Shown: one piece after another, positions 38,162-48,158 of the stretch
Position numbering within the stretch: the first letter of the stretch is position 1
Layout: each line of letters begins with the position of its first letter
Origin: a bacterium
GTDB taxonomy: Bacteria > Zixibacteria > MSB-5A5 > GN15 > FEB-12
Reading direction: 5' to 3'
Length of the DNA: 64,000 nt
NCBI GenBank assembly: GCA_043811375.1
Contig: JBDRNJ010000068.1
Coordinates: forward strand, 18,936 to 82,935
Made by a program: the position numbers and the translations under genes
The notes under the pieces: model-generated
Databases searched by the model: none
Seen by the model: only the letters and a program-made list of their open reading frames with translations
What the model was told of the DNA's origin: nothing

Positions 38162-40062
38162 TAGTCATCGGTACGGCGGGGCACATTGATCACGGCAAAT
38201 CGGCCATTGTCAAACGGCTGACCGGAACCGATCCGGATCGTCTCCCGGAAGAAAAAAAACGCGGCATGACGATTGATCTCGGTTTCGCATTCTATCGCAC
38301 GCCGTCGGGAGACGACATTGCTTTCGTCGATGTTCCCGGGCACGAGCGGTTTGTCAAGAACATGATCGCCGGTGCCGGCGGTATTGATGTAGCCATGCTG
38401 GTAGTGGCCGCTGACGACGGCTGGATGCCGCAGAGCCAGGAACACTTTCAGGTTATCCGGCTGCTGGGGATCAAGTCCGGTTTCATTGTTATCAACAAGA
38501 CCGATCTGGCCGACAGTGACTGGCTTCAACTGCTCAAGCAGGACATCAGAGATAAAGTGCGCGGTTCGTTTCTGGCCGAAGCGCCGGTTCTGTCGGTGTC
38601 GGCCGAAACCGGTGACGGCTTTGATGCCCTGCGCCGGCACCTTGACCGACTGGCCGAACAGACCGCAACCGCCGGGGATATCGACCGAGCCCGTCTGTAT
38701 ATCGACCGATCGTTTGTGAGTCAGGGAGTCGGCGGCGTTGTAACCGGCACCCTGCGGGGCGGCAGGCTCTCGGTGGGGCAAACGGTGGCAGTGTGGCCGG
38801 CCATAACTGCCGGCAAGATTCGCTCTTTGCAGACCAATAACCGGGAAGTGTCCGTAGCACTGCCGGGACAACGAACGGCTGTGTCCTTTACCGGCGTTAA
38901 CCGGGAGGTACTGATTCGCGGGGGTGTTGTCTCCGACAGGCTGGACCTGTCCTTTTTCAGGGAACATCCGGTGCTGGCTCTTTCGGTGGAGGTCGTCTCC
39001 GAAGCGCCGGTGGCACTGGTTGATCGTCGTCGGCTGCTGGTTATTGCCGGCACCTCCGAGATGGAAGGGGAAATCCGACTGTTCGACCGTAAAAAGATCA
39101 GGCCGGGCGAAAAAGGTATCATGTTCTTCAAGCCTGACATCCCGCCGTATTGCCTCGTTGGGGACCACTACATTGCCCGGCTGCCGACACCGATGGTAAC
39201 ACTGGGCGGCGGTCGGGTACTGGATCACCTCACGCATTTCCCGCGACGGAAACAGTTGGATGACTATCGCTACCTGCTGTTCCGGCTGGACGGTGACATT
39301 CGCAGCCTGGTCGTCAGTGAACTGCAAAAGCGGGTAGTGGCTACTACCGATGACTTGCTGCGGGAAGCTGATTGCTCTGAGTCCGATGTTGGTGCGGTCG
39401 TGTCATCTCTGGTTGAGGAGAAGGTGTTCGGTATGTCCGGCCGGTACGTTTACCACGCCGATACAATTGAAACCGTCGGACACCGGCTCACTCAGGGAGT
39501 AAAGGAGCTTCTCGAAGCTAAGTCACACCTGGTCGGTCTTTCCTTCGAAGAGTTGACCAGGGTATCCGTGTTGGATGAGGTAACGCTGCGGGTGTTGCTG
39601 GACTACCTGGTGGCGGCCGGGCGGATGACGTTTGTTGCCGACAGGTACAATCTGGCCGGACGGAGCAGGGAGCTGAAAGGCGCCGTCAGGGAGGCTTATC
39701 GGTCTATTATGAGCAGTCTGCATGAGCAGCCCTATGCCCCGCCGTCATTGAGCACGCTGGCGTCCGGCAGCAAGAACCATAAGGAAGCCATCAAATACAT
39801 TATCGAGACGGGTGAGAGCTACAAGTGCGGGTCGGCCTTTCTGTTTCCGGCGGAGACGTGGCGCGAAATAGTAACTTTCATCAAAGAGAGCCTGAATAAG
39901 TCCGGGAAGCTGGCTGTGGCCGATCTCAGGGACCGGTTTGGCTTCACGCGCAAGTATGCCATTCCGATTCTGGAGGAAACCGACCGCATCAAACTGACCC
40001 GTCGCGAGGGCGATATTCGTGTCAAAGGAGATAAGTTTGCCGAACGGAACGCTGATTCATAA
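38158..40062 (+). CDS. selB: Selenocysteine-specific elongation factor
   Basis: [30 protein letters not shown]-terminal winged helix [19 protein letters not shown]. Confidence 0.97.
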   Translation: MIVIGTAGHIDHGKSAIVKRLTGTDPDRLPEEKKRGMTIDLGFAFYRTPSGDDIAFVDVPGHERFVKNMIAGAGGIDVAMLVVAADDGWMPQSQEHFQVIRLLGIKSGFIVINKTDLADSDWLQLLKQDIRDKVRGSFLAEAPVLSVSAETGDGFDALRRHLDRLAEQTATAGDIDRARLYIDRSFVSQGVGGVVTGTLRGGRLSVGQTVAVWPAITAGKIRSLQTNNREVSVALPGQRTAVSFTGVNREVLIRGGVVSDRLDLSFFREHPVLALSVEVVSEAPVALVDRRRLLVIAGTSEMEGEIRLFDRKKIRPGEKGIMFFKPDIPPYCLVGDHYIARLPTPMVTLGGGRVLDHLTHFPRRKQLDDYRYLLFRLDGDIRSLVVSELQKRVVATTDDLLREADCSESDVGAVVSSLVEEKVFGMSGRYVYHADTIETVGHRLTQGVKELLEAKSHLVGLSFEELTRVSVLDEVTLRVLLDYLVAAGRMTFVADRYNLAGRSRELKGAVREAYRSIMSSLHEQPYAPPSLSTLASGSKNHKEAIKYIIETGESYKCGSAFLFPAETWREIVTFIKESLNKSGKLAVADLRDRFGFTRKYAIPILEETDRIKLTRREGDIRVKGDKFAERNADS

Positions 40063-41623
40063 CGCCCGCATTTACACGCTTTCGGAAGACGTGGTTGTTG
40101 ATTCACTGGCCATGCGACATGGCTGCGTGCAGGCTATCGGCCACAACCTGCAACATGCCGGTGAGTTCCGAAGCTACCGGCGCTGGAACCTTGATGGCCG
40201 GACAGTAGTGCCGGGGTTCGTCGACGCCCACACGCATTTTCTTTTTTTCGCGATGTCATTGGGGCATGTTCGACTTTATGGCCTTAGTTCGCCGGAGGCC
40301 TGTCTGAAAGAGATCGAGAAGTTTTCTCGTCGTCAGGGACGAAACGAATGGATTGTCGGCGAAGGCTACGAACCGCACCGGTTCCGTCGACGGGTTGAGC
40401 CGGAGCGGTTTATGCTGGACCGGGTGACCGGCGGCCGACCGGCTTTTATTTTCTCAAAAGATGGTCACTCCGCCTGGGTCAACAGCCGCGCCCTTCAGAT
40501 AGCCGGGATTTCCCGGAAGACCCGCGATCCGTCCGGTGGTGAGATTATCCGTGATGAAAACGGCACCCCCACCGGTATTCTGTGCGAATATGCCGCCTAC
40601 GGACAGATTTACAACCTTATTCCGCTACCTCCCCGCCGGAAGATTGACCGCTGCTACCGCCAGGCACTTAACCTGGCATATCGCAAAGGTGTTACCGGCG
40701 TTCATTCGTTTGACGGCCCGAACGGGTTTGCCTATTTCAGTGAACTGGCTGAAAAGAATCGGGTGGGTCTGCGGATCAACTACTATGCGCCTGCCAGACT
40801 GCTGCCGCAGTTGCGTCGCACCGACACCCGCTACGGCACCGGCACCGACTACTTTCGGATTGCCGGCATCAAGGTATTTGCCGATGGTTCCCTGGGCAGC
40901 CGGACGGCGCTCTGTTTTCGGCGCTACCTCGGTAGCCGCAACCGGTGTGGGATTGAGGTAACTTCCACTGACGGGATTCGACGGCTGTCACGCTCGGCGG
41001 CCCGGTTGGGCCTTCCCTGCGCTGTTCATGCTATCGGTGACCGGGCAGTGGCCAACGTGATTGACGCTCTCGAAGACTGCCCCCCATTGCCGCCCGGTGC
41101 CCGTCACCGGATTGAACACCTGCAACTGGTGCGCCGTAAAGACCTTCCCCGCCTCAAACGGTTGAATATCATAGCCTCGATGCAGCCCTCGCACTGTCCG
41201 ACCGACATCGCCCTGGTGCGTCGTTACTGGGGAGTTCGCGGCGCCAATGCCTTTATCTTCCGTACCTTGCTGGACAAGGGTATAGACCTGGCATTTGGTT
41301 CCGACGTGCCCATCGAGCCGCTCGATCCCATTGGCGGCATCGCTGCCGCAGTGCGGCGCGCACGGCCGGGCAGCCGAGATGTTTTCTACCCTGAACAGAA
41401 GATCAGTGCCCGGGAAGCGCTGTACAATTTCACCGTCGGGCCGGCTATTGCCGCCGGCGAAAGAAATCGTCGCGGCTGTCTGCAACCGGGATATCCGGCC
41501 GATTTAGTGGTCCTGTCGGACGATATTACCAGGGTACCGCCCAGGCGAATCTATGACGTGCAGGTACTGGCGACAGTCCTGAACGGCCGTGTGAAATACG
41601 CCGATAGTTCTCTTCGGCTGTGA
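40037..41623 (+). CDS. Amidohydrolase 3 family (YtcJ-like)
   Basis: PGFVDAHTH, GHSAWVNS, KVFADGSLGSRTA, HAIGDRA, RIEHLQ, FGSDVP. TTG start at 40037 after AAAGGAG. Confidence 0.92.
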   Translation: MPNGTLIHNARIYTLSEDVVVDSLAMRHGCVQAIGHNLQHAGEFRSYRRWNLDGRTVVPGFVDAHTHFLFFAMSLGHVRLYGLSSPEACLKEIEKFSRRQGRNEWIVGEGYEPHRFRRRVEPERFMLDRVTGGRPAFIFSKDGHSAWVNSRALQIAGISRKTRDPSGGEIIRDENGTPTGILCEYAAYGQIYNLIPLPPRRKIDRCYRQALNLAYRKGVTGVHSFDGPNGFAYFSELAEKNRVGLRINYYAPARLLPQLRRTDTRYGTGTDYFRIAGIKVFADGSLGSRTALCFRRYLGSRNRCGIEVTSTDGIRRLSRSAARLGLPCAVHAIGDRAVANVIDALEDCPPLPPGARHRIEHLQLVRRKDLPRLKRLNIIASMQPSHCPTDIALVRRYWGVRGANAFIFRTLLDKGIDLAFGSDVPIEPLDPIGGIAAAVRRARPGSRDVFYPEQKISAREALYNFTVGPAIAAGERNRRGCLQPGYPADLVVLSDDITRVPPRRIYDVQVLATVLNGRVKYADSSLRL

Positions 41624-41692
41624 AACCGGCCCTGGTCAGGATGCCCGAAAAGGTTTGACACCGATTTCAAATAAGGGCATATTATACCTGCC

Positions 41693-43072
41693 ATGAGCAC
41701 TCCGTGCCTTATATTGAATCGATCGGCCATTCTCGCTTTGTTCCTGCTCCTTTGTTATTCTCTTGTGGTAACCGCGCAGGAACCGTCGTCCGAGACGAAC
41801 GACTCGGCGGTTGTTACCCAGTCCACTGAGGTAGCCGACTCCCTGGAAGCAGAAGAACCGATATCGCCGACACTGGTCTATACGATGATTATCGATGGTG
41901 CCATCGGCACCGTCACCGATGACCGCATTGCCGAGGCTATCGAAACTGCCGAAGACGATGGCGCCGGGCTGCTGGTTATCTTCCTGGATACTCCCGGCGG
42001 TTTTACCAAACCAACCTGGTCGATCTGCAAGAACATCCTCAATTCGCACGTACCGGTCTGCATCTATATCGCTCCCTCCGGAGCACGGGCCGGTTCGGCC
42101 GGTGTGTACATGACCTACGCCGCTCACTTTGCCGCGATGGCGCCATCTACCAATATCGGTGCGGCGCATCCTGTTTCCGGCGCCGGGGAGGAAATCGACT
42201 CGGTTATGAACGAGAAGATTACCAACGACGCCGTGGCGCAAATCAAAGCCGCCGCCGAGAAACGGGGCCGCAATGCCGAATGGGCCGAGAGGGCGGTGCG
42301 CGAGTCGGTCTCGATTACCGACAACGAAGCGCTCGAATTGAAAGTCATCGACCTGCGGGCTAAAAACCTTTCGGAACTCCTTGAGAAACTGGACGGTCGC
42401 GAAGTTGATCTGCCTTACGGCAAGACGAAGATGCTCCTCAAGCACAACCGGACCAAAGAGATCAAGATCACTTTCATTCAACGGGTGCTGCAGATTATTA
42501 CGCAGCCGGATATCGCGCTGATTCTTTTTTCCATCGGCGGGCTGGGTATCGTGCTGGAACTGTACAACCCCGGCTCTATCTTCCCCGGTGTGGTGGGAGC
42601 TATTTCGCTGATACTCGCTTTCTACTCGTTTCAGACGTTGCCGATCAACTATGCCGGGCTGGCTTTGATAGTCCTGGCTATCATACTGTTTATTGCCGAG
42701 ATAAAAATCGTCAGTCACGGGATGCTTACTGTCGGGGGTGTGATCTCATTTTTCCTGGGAGGTATGATGCTTGTTGATACTGCCGATCCCGCCCTGGGTA
42801 TTTCCATATCGCTGCTGATCACGATGACCGTTGTTTTCAGTCTGGTTTTACTGCTGGTCATATGGCTGGTGGCCAAGGCGGCGCGCAATCGGCCGGCTAT
42901 CGGTCAGGAGGGAATGATCGGCAAGATGGCCGAGGTGCGTCCCAATGGATTTGTATATGTTGATGGCGCTTTGTGGAAAGCCGTGTCGGGAGAGGAGCTT
43001 GAGGTAGGCTCGACGGTTGAAATCGTAAGTGTCGATAGTTTGCTGTTGAAAGTGCGGAAGCGCGACTCCTGA
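41693..43072 (+). CDS. nfeD: Long NfeD (ClpP-class serine protease, TM domain, OB-fold)
   Basis: LDTPGG, RAGSAG, NIGAAHP, LELYNPG, GALWKA OB domain. Confidence 0.92.
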   Translation: MSTPCLILNRSAILALFLLLCYSLVVTAQEPSSETNDSAVVTQSTEVADSLEAEEPISPTLVYTMIIDGAIGTVTDDRIAEAIETAEDDGAGLLVIFLDTPGGFTKPTWSICKNILNSHVPVCIYIAPSGARAGSAGVYMTYAAHFAAMAPSTNIGAAHPVSGAGEEIDSVMNEKITNDAVAQIKAAAEKRGRNAEWAERAVRESVSITDNEALELKVIDLRAKNLSELLEKLDGREVDLPYGKTKMLLKHNRTKEIKITFIQRVLQIITQPDIALILFSIGGLGIVLELYNPGSIFPGVVGAISLILAFYSFQTLPINYAGLALIVLAIILFIAEIKIVSHGMLTVGGVISFFLGGMMLVDTADPALGISISLLITMTVVFSLVLLLVIWLVAKAARNRPAIGQEGMIGKMAEVRPNGFVYVDGALWKAVSGEELEVGSTVEIVSVDSLLLKVRKRDS

Positions 43073-43087
43073 CTTGTCGGTGCAACT

Positions 43088-43366
43088 ATGTCTGTGGTTC
43101 TGAGCCTGTTGCTTGGTGCTGCCCTGGGTTACCTGGCCTTCGAGGTAGTAGTGACCTTCTTAACAGTCAGGGCGTTGTTTATGGAGCCGATCAGCAGCCA
43201 GCAGGGGTTGATCGGCAGGACCGCTCAAATGCGCACCGATAAGTTCGTTTTTGTGGACGGCGCGCTGTGGAAAGCAATTTCCGATGAACACCTTCGGGTC
43301 GGCGACTCGGTTGAGATTATAGATAGGGACAAACTTACGCTGAAAGTAAAGCGATTGAATTCATAG
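43088..43366 (+). CDS. Short NfeD-like protein (one TM helix plus OB-fold)
   Basis: LIGRTAQMRTDKFVFVDGALWKAISDEHLRVGDSVEII closely parallels the C-terminus of the preceding NfeD. Confidence 0.8.
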   Translation: MSVVLSLLLGAALGYLAFEVVVTFLTVRALFMEPISSQQGLIGRTAQMRTDKFVFVDGALWKAISDEHLRVGDSVEIIDRDKLTLKVKRLNS

Positions 43367-43381
43367 AAACGGAGGGATGTC

Positions 43382-44161
43382 ATGAATCTGGCGACAATTG
43401 CAGTCCTGGTGTTCTTGTTCTTGATCCTCATGTTCAACATGATCAAGGTTCTCCGCGAGTACGAGCGGGGAGTGATTTTCCGACTGGGCCGCCTGATCGG
43501 CGCCAAGGGACCGGGGCTGATAATCCTGATCCCGGTCATCGATAAAATTGTGCGCGTCGATCTGCGCGTGATTACGTACGATGTACCGTCCCAGGATGTC
43601 ATCACCAAGGACAACGTCTCGATCAAGGTCAACGCCGTTTTGTATTTCCAGGTTGTTGACGCCAACAAGGCCATCGTCAGCGTGGCCAACTTCTTTGAGG
43701 CGACGTCGCAGATCGCCCAGACGACGTTGCGTTCGGTGCTGGGACAAGTCGAGCTTGATGACCTGCTGGCCAACCGGGAGAAGATCAACGCTCAACTGCA
43801 GCAGATCATCGACGACCAGACCGAACCGTGGGGGATCAAGGTCAGTGTGGTCGAGGTTAAGAACGTCGATCTGCCGCCGGAGATGCAGCGCGCCATCGCC
43901 AAGCAGGCCGAGGCCGAACGTGAGCGGCGAGCCAAGGTTATTCACGCCGAAGGTGAGTTCCAGGCATCGCAAAAGCTTGCCGACGCGGCCAAGGTTATCG
44001 CCAGTGCGCCCAACGCCATGCAGCTTCGTTTTCTGCAAACGCTGACCGAGGTGGCCACCGAACGCAACTCCACGCTGATCTTCCCGGTGCCGATCGACCT
44101 GCTCGATTCTCTTAAGGGTTTCCTCGACCGAGGGAGCGGAGCTAAAGATGCCGGGGCGTAG
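43382..44161 (+). CDS. SPFH/stomatin-like (slipin) protein
   Basis: [57 protein letters not shown]. Confidence 0.95.
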   Translation: MNLATIAVLVFLFLILMFNMIKVLREYERGVIFRLGRLIGAKGPGLIILIPVIDKIVRVDLRVITYDVPSQDVITKDNVSIKVNAVLYFQVVDANKAIVSVANFFEATSQIAQTTLRSVLGQVELDDLLANREKINAQLQQIIDDQTEPWGIKVSVVEVKNVDLPPEMQRAIAKQAEAERERRAKVIHAEGEFQASQKLADAAKVIASAPNAMQLRFLQTLTEVATERNSTLIFPVPIDLLDSLKGFLDRGSGAKDAGA

Positions 44162-44169
44162 GGTTACAA

Positions 44170-44530
44170 ACTGACGAACCGGTAGATGTGGACATCTGCC
44201 GGTCACGTAATACGACCGAAGTGTAGAAACTATTTCGTCGTGCTGTCGGGTGACTCGAGGTTGTCCCACAAGGTGATTATTCTAACGCGCGTAGGGTGGG
44301 GGCTTGTCTCCCACCAACAAACGGCGGACATAAAGCCCGCCGCTACGCGGGTTTACCAAATGACGATTTATTCGATGCAATGTTAAATGTACTCAAAGCT
44401 TACTTGTAGGACAACCTCACTCTGCCCGCAAGCATGTAGTTCATGCAGGGTGAAACGACTGCGGAAGCATGACAATCACCGCGTAGGGGGGTGGCCTTGT
44501 GTCACTCCGATCAATGTGACGCCGCGTGGC
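44170..44530. repeat. Cluster of GTAG-type REP-like palindromes
   Basis: GTAGATGTGGACATCTGCC; CGTAGGGTGGGGGC-TTGT-CTCCCACC; CGTAGGGGGGTGGCC-TTGT-GTCACTCC. Confidence 0.55.
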
Positions 44531-44571
44531 AACCCCAAACTTGTTCGGGATTGAAACTGCAAACGATGCGC

Positions 44572-45417
44572 TCACTCATCGGCGGCGACCATCAGGTCAG
44601 CGCCCATTTCGAGATGGTCGTATTGACTCTCGCGTGATTTGTAGAGAACCAGAAGTGTCACGCGGCGGTTTCTTTCATCGGCGGGATCATCGGGGAACAT
44701 CAGCAGCTGGTCGGCAAAGCCGCGGACGGCGGCAGTCTGTCCTTCATACAGGCCGGAGACTTCCAGCAATCGGCGGGCGGCATTGGCGCGATCTGCAGAC
44801 AACTCCCAGTTGCTGTAGCCCCGGTCACCTCCAAAAGAGACATCAGTGTGACCTTCAATAACGATACGATTATCGAGTTTGCCCAATTCTTTGGCAATTG
44901 TCATCAGGATGATGGCGCTCTTCTGCAACAGCTTGGCCGAGCCCGGTTCAAAAAAAGCGGCTGACTTCTCCGACTCATTCAGGGTGATCCGCAGCCCTTC
45001 TGAAGTCATCTGCAGCTTGATGTTCTTGCGGAGTTTCTCAAACTCCTTCTGCTTTTTCAGCTCCTCGAAGATTCGTTTAGCGGTCAGGGTCAACTCTTGT
45101 TTCTCTTCCTGTGACGTCGATTTTTTCTTGTCGGCCGGACTTAGGCTGATATCCGGATTTTCCTTGGGGAGTAGGCCCTGCGATCCTTTGAGAAGCCCGG
45201 ACTGCCCCTGACTCTTAAACTTGCCCGGATCACGAAAAAAACCGGCCACTGCTTCGCGCACTTCCGGTTTCTGACCGACCAGCCACATCACAAGGAAAAA
45301 GGCCATCATGGCCGTCATGAAGTCGGCAAAGGCCACCTTCCAGGCGCCGCCGTGGTGCCCGCCATGCCCGCCCTTTTTCCTTTTGATTATTATTGGTTGT
45401 ACTTCGTTGTTCGGCAC
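44572..45417 (-). CDS. motB: Flagellar-type stator protein MotB
   Basis: HGGAWKVAFADFMTAMMAFFLVMWL; OmpA-like domain IEGHTD, NWELSADRANAARR, NRRVTL. Confidence 0.93.
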   Translation of the reverse strand: MPNNEVQPIIIKRKKGGHGGHHGGAWKVAFADFMTAMMAFFLVMWLVGQKPEVREAVAGFFRDPGKFKSQGQSGLLKGSQGLLPKENPDISLSPADKKKSTSQEEKQELTLTAKRIFEELKKQKEFEKLRKNIKLQMTSEGLRITLNESEKSAAFFEPGSAKLLQKSAIILMTIAKELGKLDNRIVIEGHTDVSFGGDRGYSNWELSADRANAARRLLEVSGLYEGQTAAVRGFADQLLMFPDDPADERNRRVTLLVLYKSRESQYDHLEMGADLMVAADE

Positions 45418-45423
45418 CGGCAG

Positions 45424-46281
45424 CTACCTTTTCTTGGTCTCGTTACAGGCATCCTCAAGCTCCGTGAAACCGGGGCGCACTTCGGCGTAGAGAGATCGAC
45501 GCGCGAACTCGACGGCGATGACCCCGGCTACACCTTTGTGAAAAGCCAGCAGCGCGTGTTTCATACACATGAGATACTGCTTGCCGTCATTGAGGCGGTG
45601 CTTCATGCTGCCTGCCAGTGGGCCGACAAAACCATAGCAGCCCAGGATGCCCAGGAAAGTTCCCACCAGCGCCGCCGCCACTTTGTGACCGATAACTTCC
45701 GGGGGGCCGTCAATAGCGGCCATAGTAATCACGATACCCAGTACCGCCGCTACGATACCCAATCCGGGCAATGAATCTGCCATGGTATTCAGCGCGGTGG
45801 ATGGCCGCTCTTCCTCCTCGTGCAGAACCTCGATATCGTTTTCCATCAGGTCATCCAGATCGTGTGGCTGGACGGACCCGGAAATGATAACGCGCATGGT
45901 ATCGGCAAAGAAGGCCACGGCGTGATGGTTTTTCAAAAATTTCGGATACTTGGTCAGAATGTCACTTTCTTCAGGATGCTCGACATGGTTTTCCAGTCCG
46001 ATCAGTCCGTCTTTACGAGCGACGTTAAAGATCTCAAACATCATCACCAGCAGGTTCAGGTAATCCTGTTTCTTGAGACCCCCGCCGAGCACGCCGGTAA
46101 TTTGTTTGATGATGCCTTTGATAACCGGCAACGGGGTTGATATCAGCATCGCCCCCAGAGCTGCGCCGCCGATGATGAGAACTTCGAGAGGCTGATTCAG
46201 TGCCATGATATGGCCACCTTCCAGTATATAGCCGGTAAGAACCCCACCAAGGACAACAATGGCTCCGATAAAAATGAACAT
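45424..46281 (-). CDS. motA: Flagellar-type stator protein MotA
   Basis: EGGHI.AL.QP.E.LIIGGAA, ARKDGLIGLE, PGLGIVAAVLG, ALVGTFLG, EFARR. Confidence 0.93.
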   Translation of the reverse strand: MFIFIGAIVVLGGVLTGYILEGGHIMALNQPLEVLIIGGAALGAMLISTPLPVIKGIIKQITGVLGGGLKKQDYLNLLVMMFEIFNVARKDGLIGLENHVEHPEESDILTKYPKFLKNHHAVAFFADTMRVIISGSVQPHDLDDLMENDIEVLHEEEERPSTALNTMADSLPGLGIVAAVLGIVITMAAIDGPPEVIGHKVAAALVGTFLGILGCYGFVGPLAGSMKHRLNDGKQYLMCMKHALLAFHKGVAGVIAVEFARRSLYAEVRPGFTELEDACNETKKR

Positions 46282-46470
46282 ACTCTATTCCAGCAATCCC
46301 GTATTTTCGTTACCGTTAAGGCATGAAAACGCCTCCTGTCTTATATGTTTTCGTCATTTCCGGGCAAATCTGAATATCCCGGGGACGCGAGGGTCTTTTC
46401 CCGCGAAAATAAAGGAAAAATGGGGAATCGTAGCGAGCGGCAGAGACCGGACCTCCACCGTATTGATTAT

Positions 46471-46695
46471 CTAAAGATTCGATTCGTCAAGCGACGGATC
46501 CCCGGCTTTGATTCTCTCAATGATATCAGCGAACTTCTCATCGATATGCGCCAGGAACCACTCATCGATTAGTGATTTTCTAAACCGCCACTCCTTGCCC
46601 AGCTTGGCGGCGGGCATCTTTTTCTCCTGCGCCCAGGTGTAGATCGTCTGCGGTTTCACTTTCAGGTAGGCGGCTACCTCTTCCAGTGTCATCAT
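46471..46695 (-). CDS. Excisionase-like (HTH_17) DNA-binding protein
   Basis: MMTLEEVAAYLKVKPQTIYTWAQEKKMPAAKLGKEWRFRKSLIDEW. ATG lies 1 nt after the upstream stop codon. Confidence 0.88.
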   Translation of the reverse strand: MMTLEEVAAYLKVKPQTIYTWAQEKKMPAAKLGKEWRFRKSLIDEWFLAHIDEKFADIIERIKAGDPSLDESNL

Positions 46696-46696
46696 A

Positions 46697-47521
46697 TCAG
46701 TTTTCACCGGCGTCACCTTTGCTGCTGTCGGCGATCAGGCATTTCGGCAGGGAATCCAGATCAACCCTGTCATCGATGCGATACTCATAGGTCTTGGAAT
46801 GGTTATTATTGCTGTCTTCTGGTCTCAGACCCGGATCAACGCGCTGGACCAGTTGCCTGACCGAGTAGACCAGGGCGGTGTAGAAATTACCTTCATAATC
46901 TCTAAACACCTCAAACGGCTGGCCCCGGTCGCCTAAAAACGGCCGCAGGTTCCAGGCCAACTGGATACCGACAAACGCTAAAATCACCACCCAGAAACGG
47001 AAAACCACCACCCCGATCTGCGGGTAAACACCCTTGGTCTCGCAGGAATATTTAAGGGCGTCGACAATCACCTTCATCCCGAATATGCCTGACAGAATGA
47101 AGATCAGGATATGCAGCAGTTGCAGGAAATAGTAGTTGCTGCCGGTCAGCAGGAAAATGACCACAATCGGGGCGAAAGAGACCATGATGGCGGCGGTCAG
47201 GACAAATCCGGACAGGACGATTGAGATCATCTGCTTCAGTTTCAACCGTGAGCCGAGAATGTACTGGATTATGAAGAAAGCCGGGAAGCAGATCAAAAGC
47301 GCCAGCGAAAACAACACCGCCACTTTACCGCCCGACACAACCGCTTGTGTCACACTGTGATAACTGCCCATAATGACGCCGTAGAGAAACGAAAAAAAGC
47401 ACAGGTGCAGCAATTGGCCGCCTATTCGCGCCCCGGCGCCGGAATCGGCGGTAATCCGCTGAAAAAACTCCTCACTGTTGGACAGCGACGGAAAATACTC
47501 AAACGACAACAACTTAGCCAT
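46697..47521 (-). CDS. Conserved multi-TM membrane protein of unknown function (WxLRPF...EGNFY motif, Yip1-like)
   Basis: About 5 hydrophobic segments; QLAWNLRPFLG..EGNFY; SD GGGAGG before ATG 47521. Confidence 0.7.
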   Translation of the reverse strand: MAKLLSFEYFPSLSNSEEFFQRITADSGAGARIGGQLLHLCFFSFLYGVIMGSYHSVTQAVVSGGKVAVLFSLALLICFPAFFIIQYILGSRLKLKQMISIVLSGFVLTAAIMVSFAPIVVIFLLTGSNYYFLQLLHILIFILSGIFGMKVIVDALKYSCETKGVYPQIGVVVFRFWVVILAFVGIQLAWNLRPFLGDRGQPFEVFRDYEGNFYTALVYSVRQLVQRVDPGLRPEDSNNNHSKTYEYRIDDRVDLDSLPKCLIADSSKGDAGEN

Positions 47522-47722
47522 ACCAAACCTCCCGCAATGGTTCTGTTTAGCTAAGTATAACTGTTTATTATTGTTTGTCAAGTGATATTAGTGGTTGTTA
47601 GTAATTATTTGTGTTTGAGGGTGGCGTTTGAGCATATGGATGGGGCTTGACTTTTGGGTAGTGGGTCATTATGAGCTAACGCACTGAATTAGTGCACAAT
47701 TTGAATCTAACAGGAGATTATC

Positions 47723-47917
47723 ATGTCAGACAAGTATTACACAATAGAGCAGCTACAGAGACTGCTACAATCTCCCGAAATTACCGAGAGGTTTCGCAAG
47801 CAGATTGAGGCTGTGCTTAAAGACGGCTCACGGGCTGCGATAGAGTCACTGGGCACCACATGCGCGGCGGCGTCTACTTCAGGGGCCGACCAAGAGCGGC
47901 AGCAAGCTCCCGAATAA
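47723..47917 (+). CDS. Small hypothetical protein (IS cargo)
   Basis: 64 aa, SD CAGGAG 7 nt upstream; no recognised family. Confidence 0.45.
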   Translation: MSDKYYTIEQLQRLLQSPEITERFRKQIEAVLKDGSRAAIESLGTTCAAASTSGADQERQQAPE

Positions 47918-48068
47918 GGGTGTTAGTGTGCTCAAACGGTAAGACAGCTACAATACAGCCACACGAGGAGCATACTATTGCTTGATAACGGTGATTTGAG
48001 TTTGTCGGTTCAAATTCGCTCATGCTGAAAAGCCTGCTGTCACACTTCGGGCAAGCTGGAAGCGCCAT
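47874..48068 (-). CDS. Small zinc-ribbon-like protein (IS cargo)
   Basis: CPKC...CSSC, strong SD AAGGAGG. Confidence 0.65.
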   Translation of the reverse strand: MALPACPKCDSRLFSMSEFEPTNSNHRYQAIVCSSCGCIVAVLPFEHTNTLIRELAAALGRPLK

Positions 48069-48158
48069 ACGTTTTCCCTCCTTGATTTGATTGATTTGTG
48101 CCGCTGAACATAATAGCCCCTGATCTGTTCTTTGACAACTTAATCAGTTGGTAGTGTC

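Noticed and set aside
36773-41623. Selenoprotein genes near selAB
   Set aside because: I found no ORF with an in-frame TGA followed by continued homology and a SECIS-like hairpin. The neighbouring ORFs end at plausible termini.
43361-44269. Long antisense ORFs (e.g. 43361-44269, 12719-13672, 37789-39327, 2305-3258)
   Set aside because: These are shadow frames of well-supported genes, expected in GC-rich DNA.
44572-46281. Zorya (ZorA/ZorB) defence system
   Set aside because: MotA is 285 aa with canonical flagellar-stator motifs and no long ZorA tail, and no zorC/D/E-like genes are adjacent.
47647-47675. Hybrid promoter formed by the IS junction (TTGACT-N17-TATGAG)
   Set aside because: The -10 hexamer lacks the conserved final T, so it is too weak to call.
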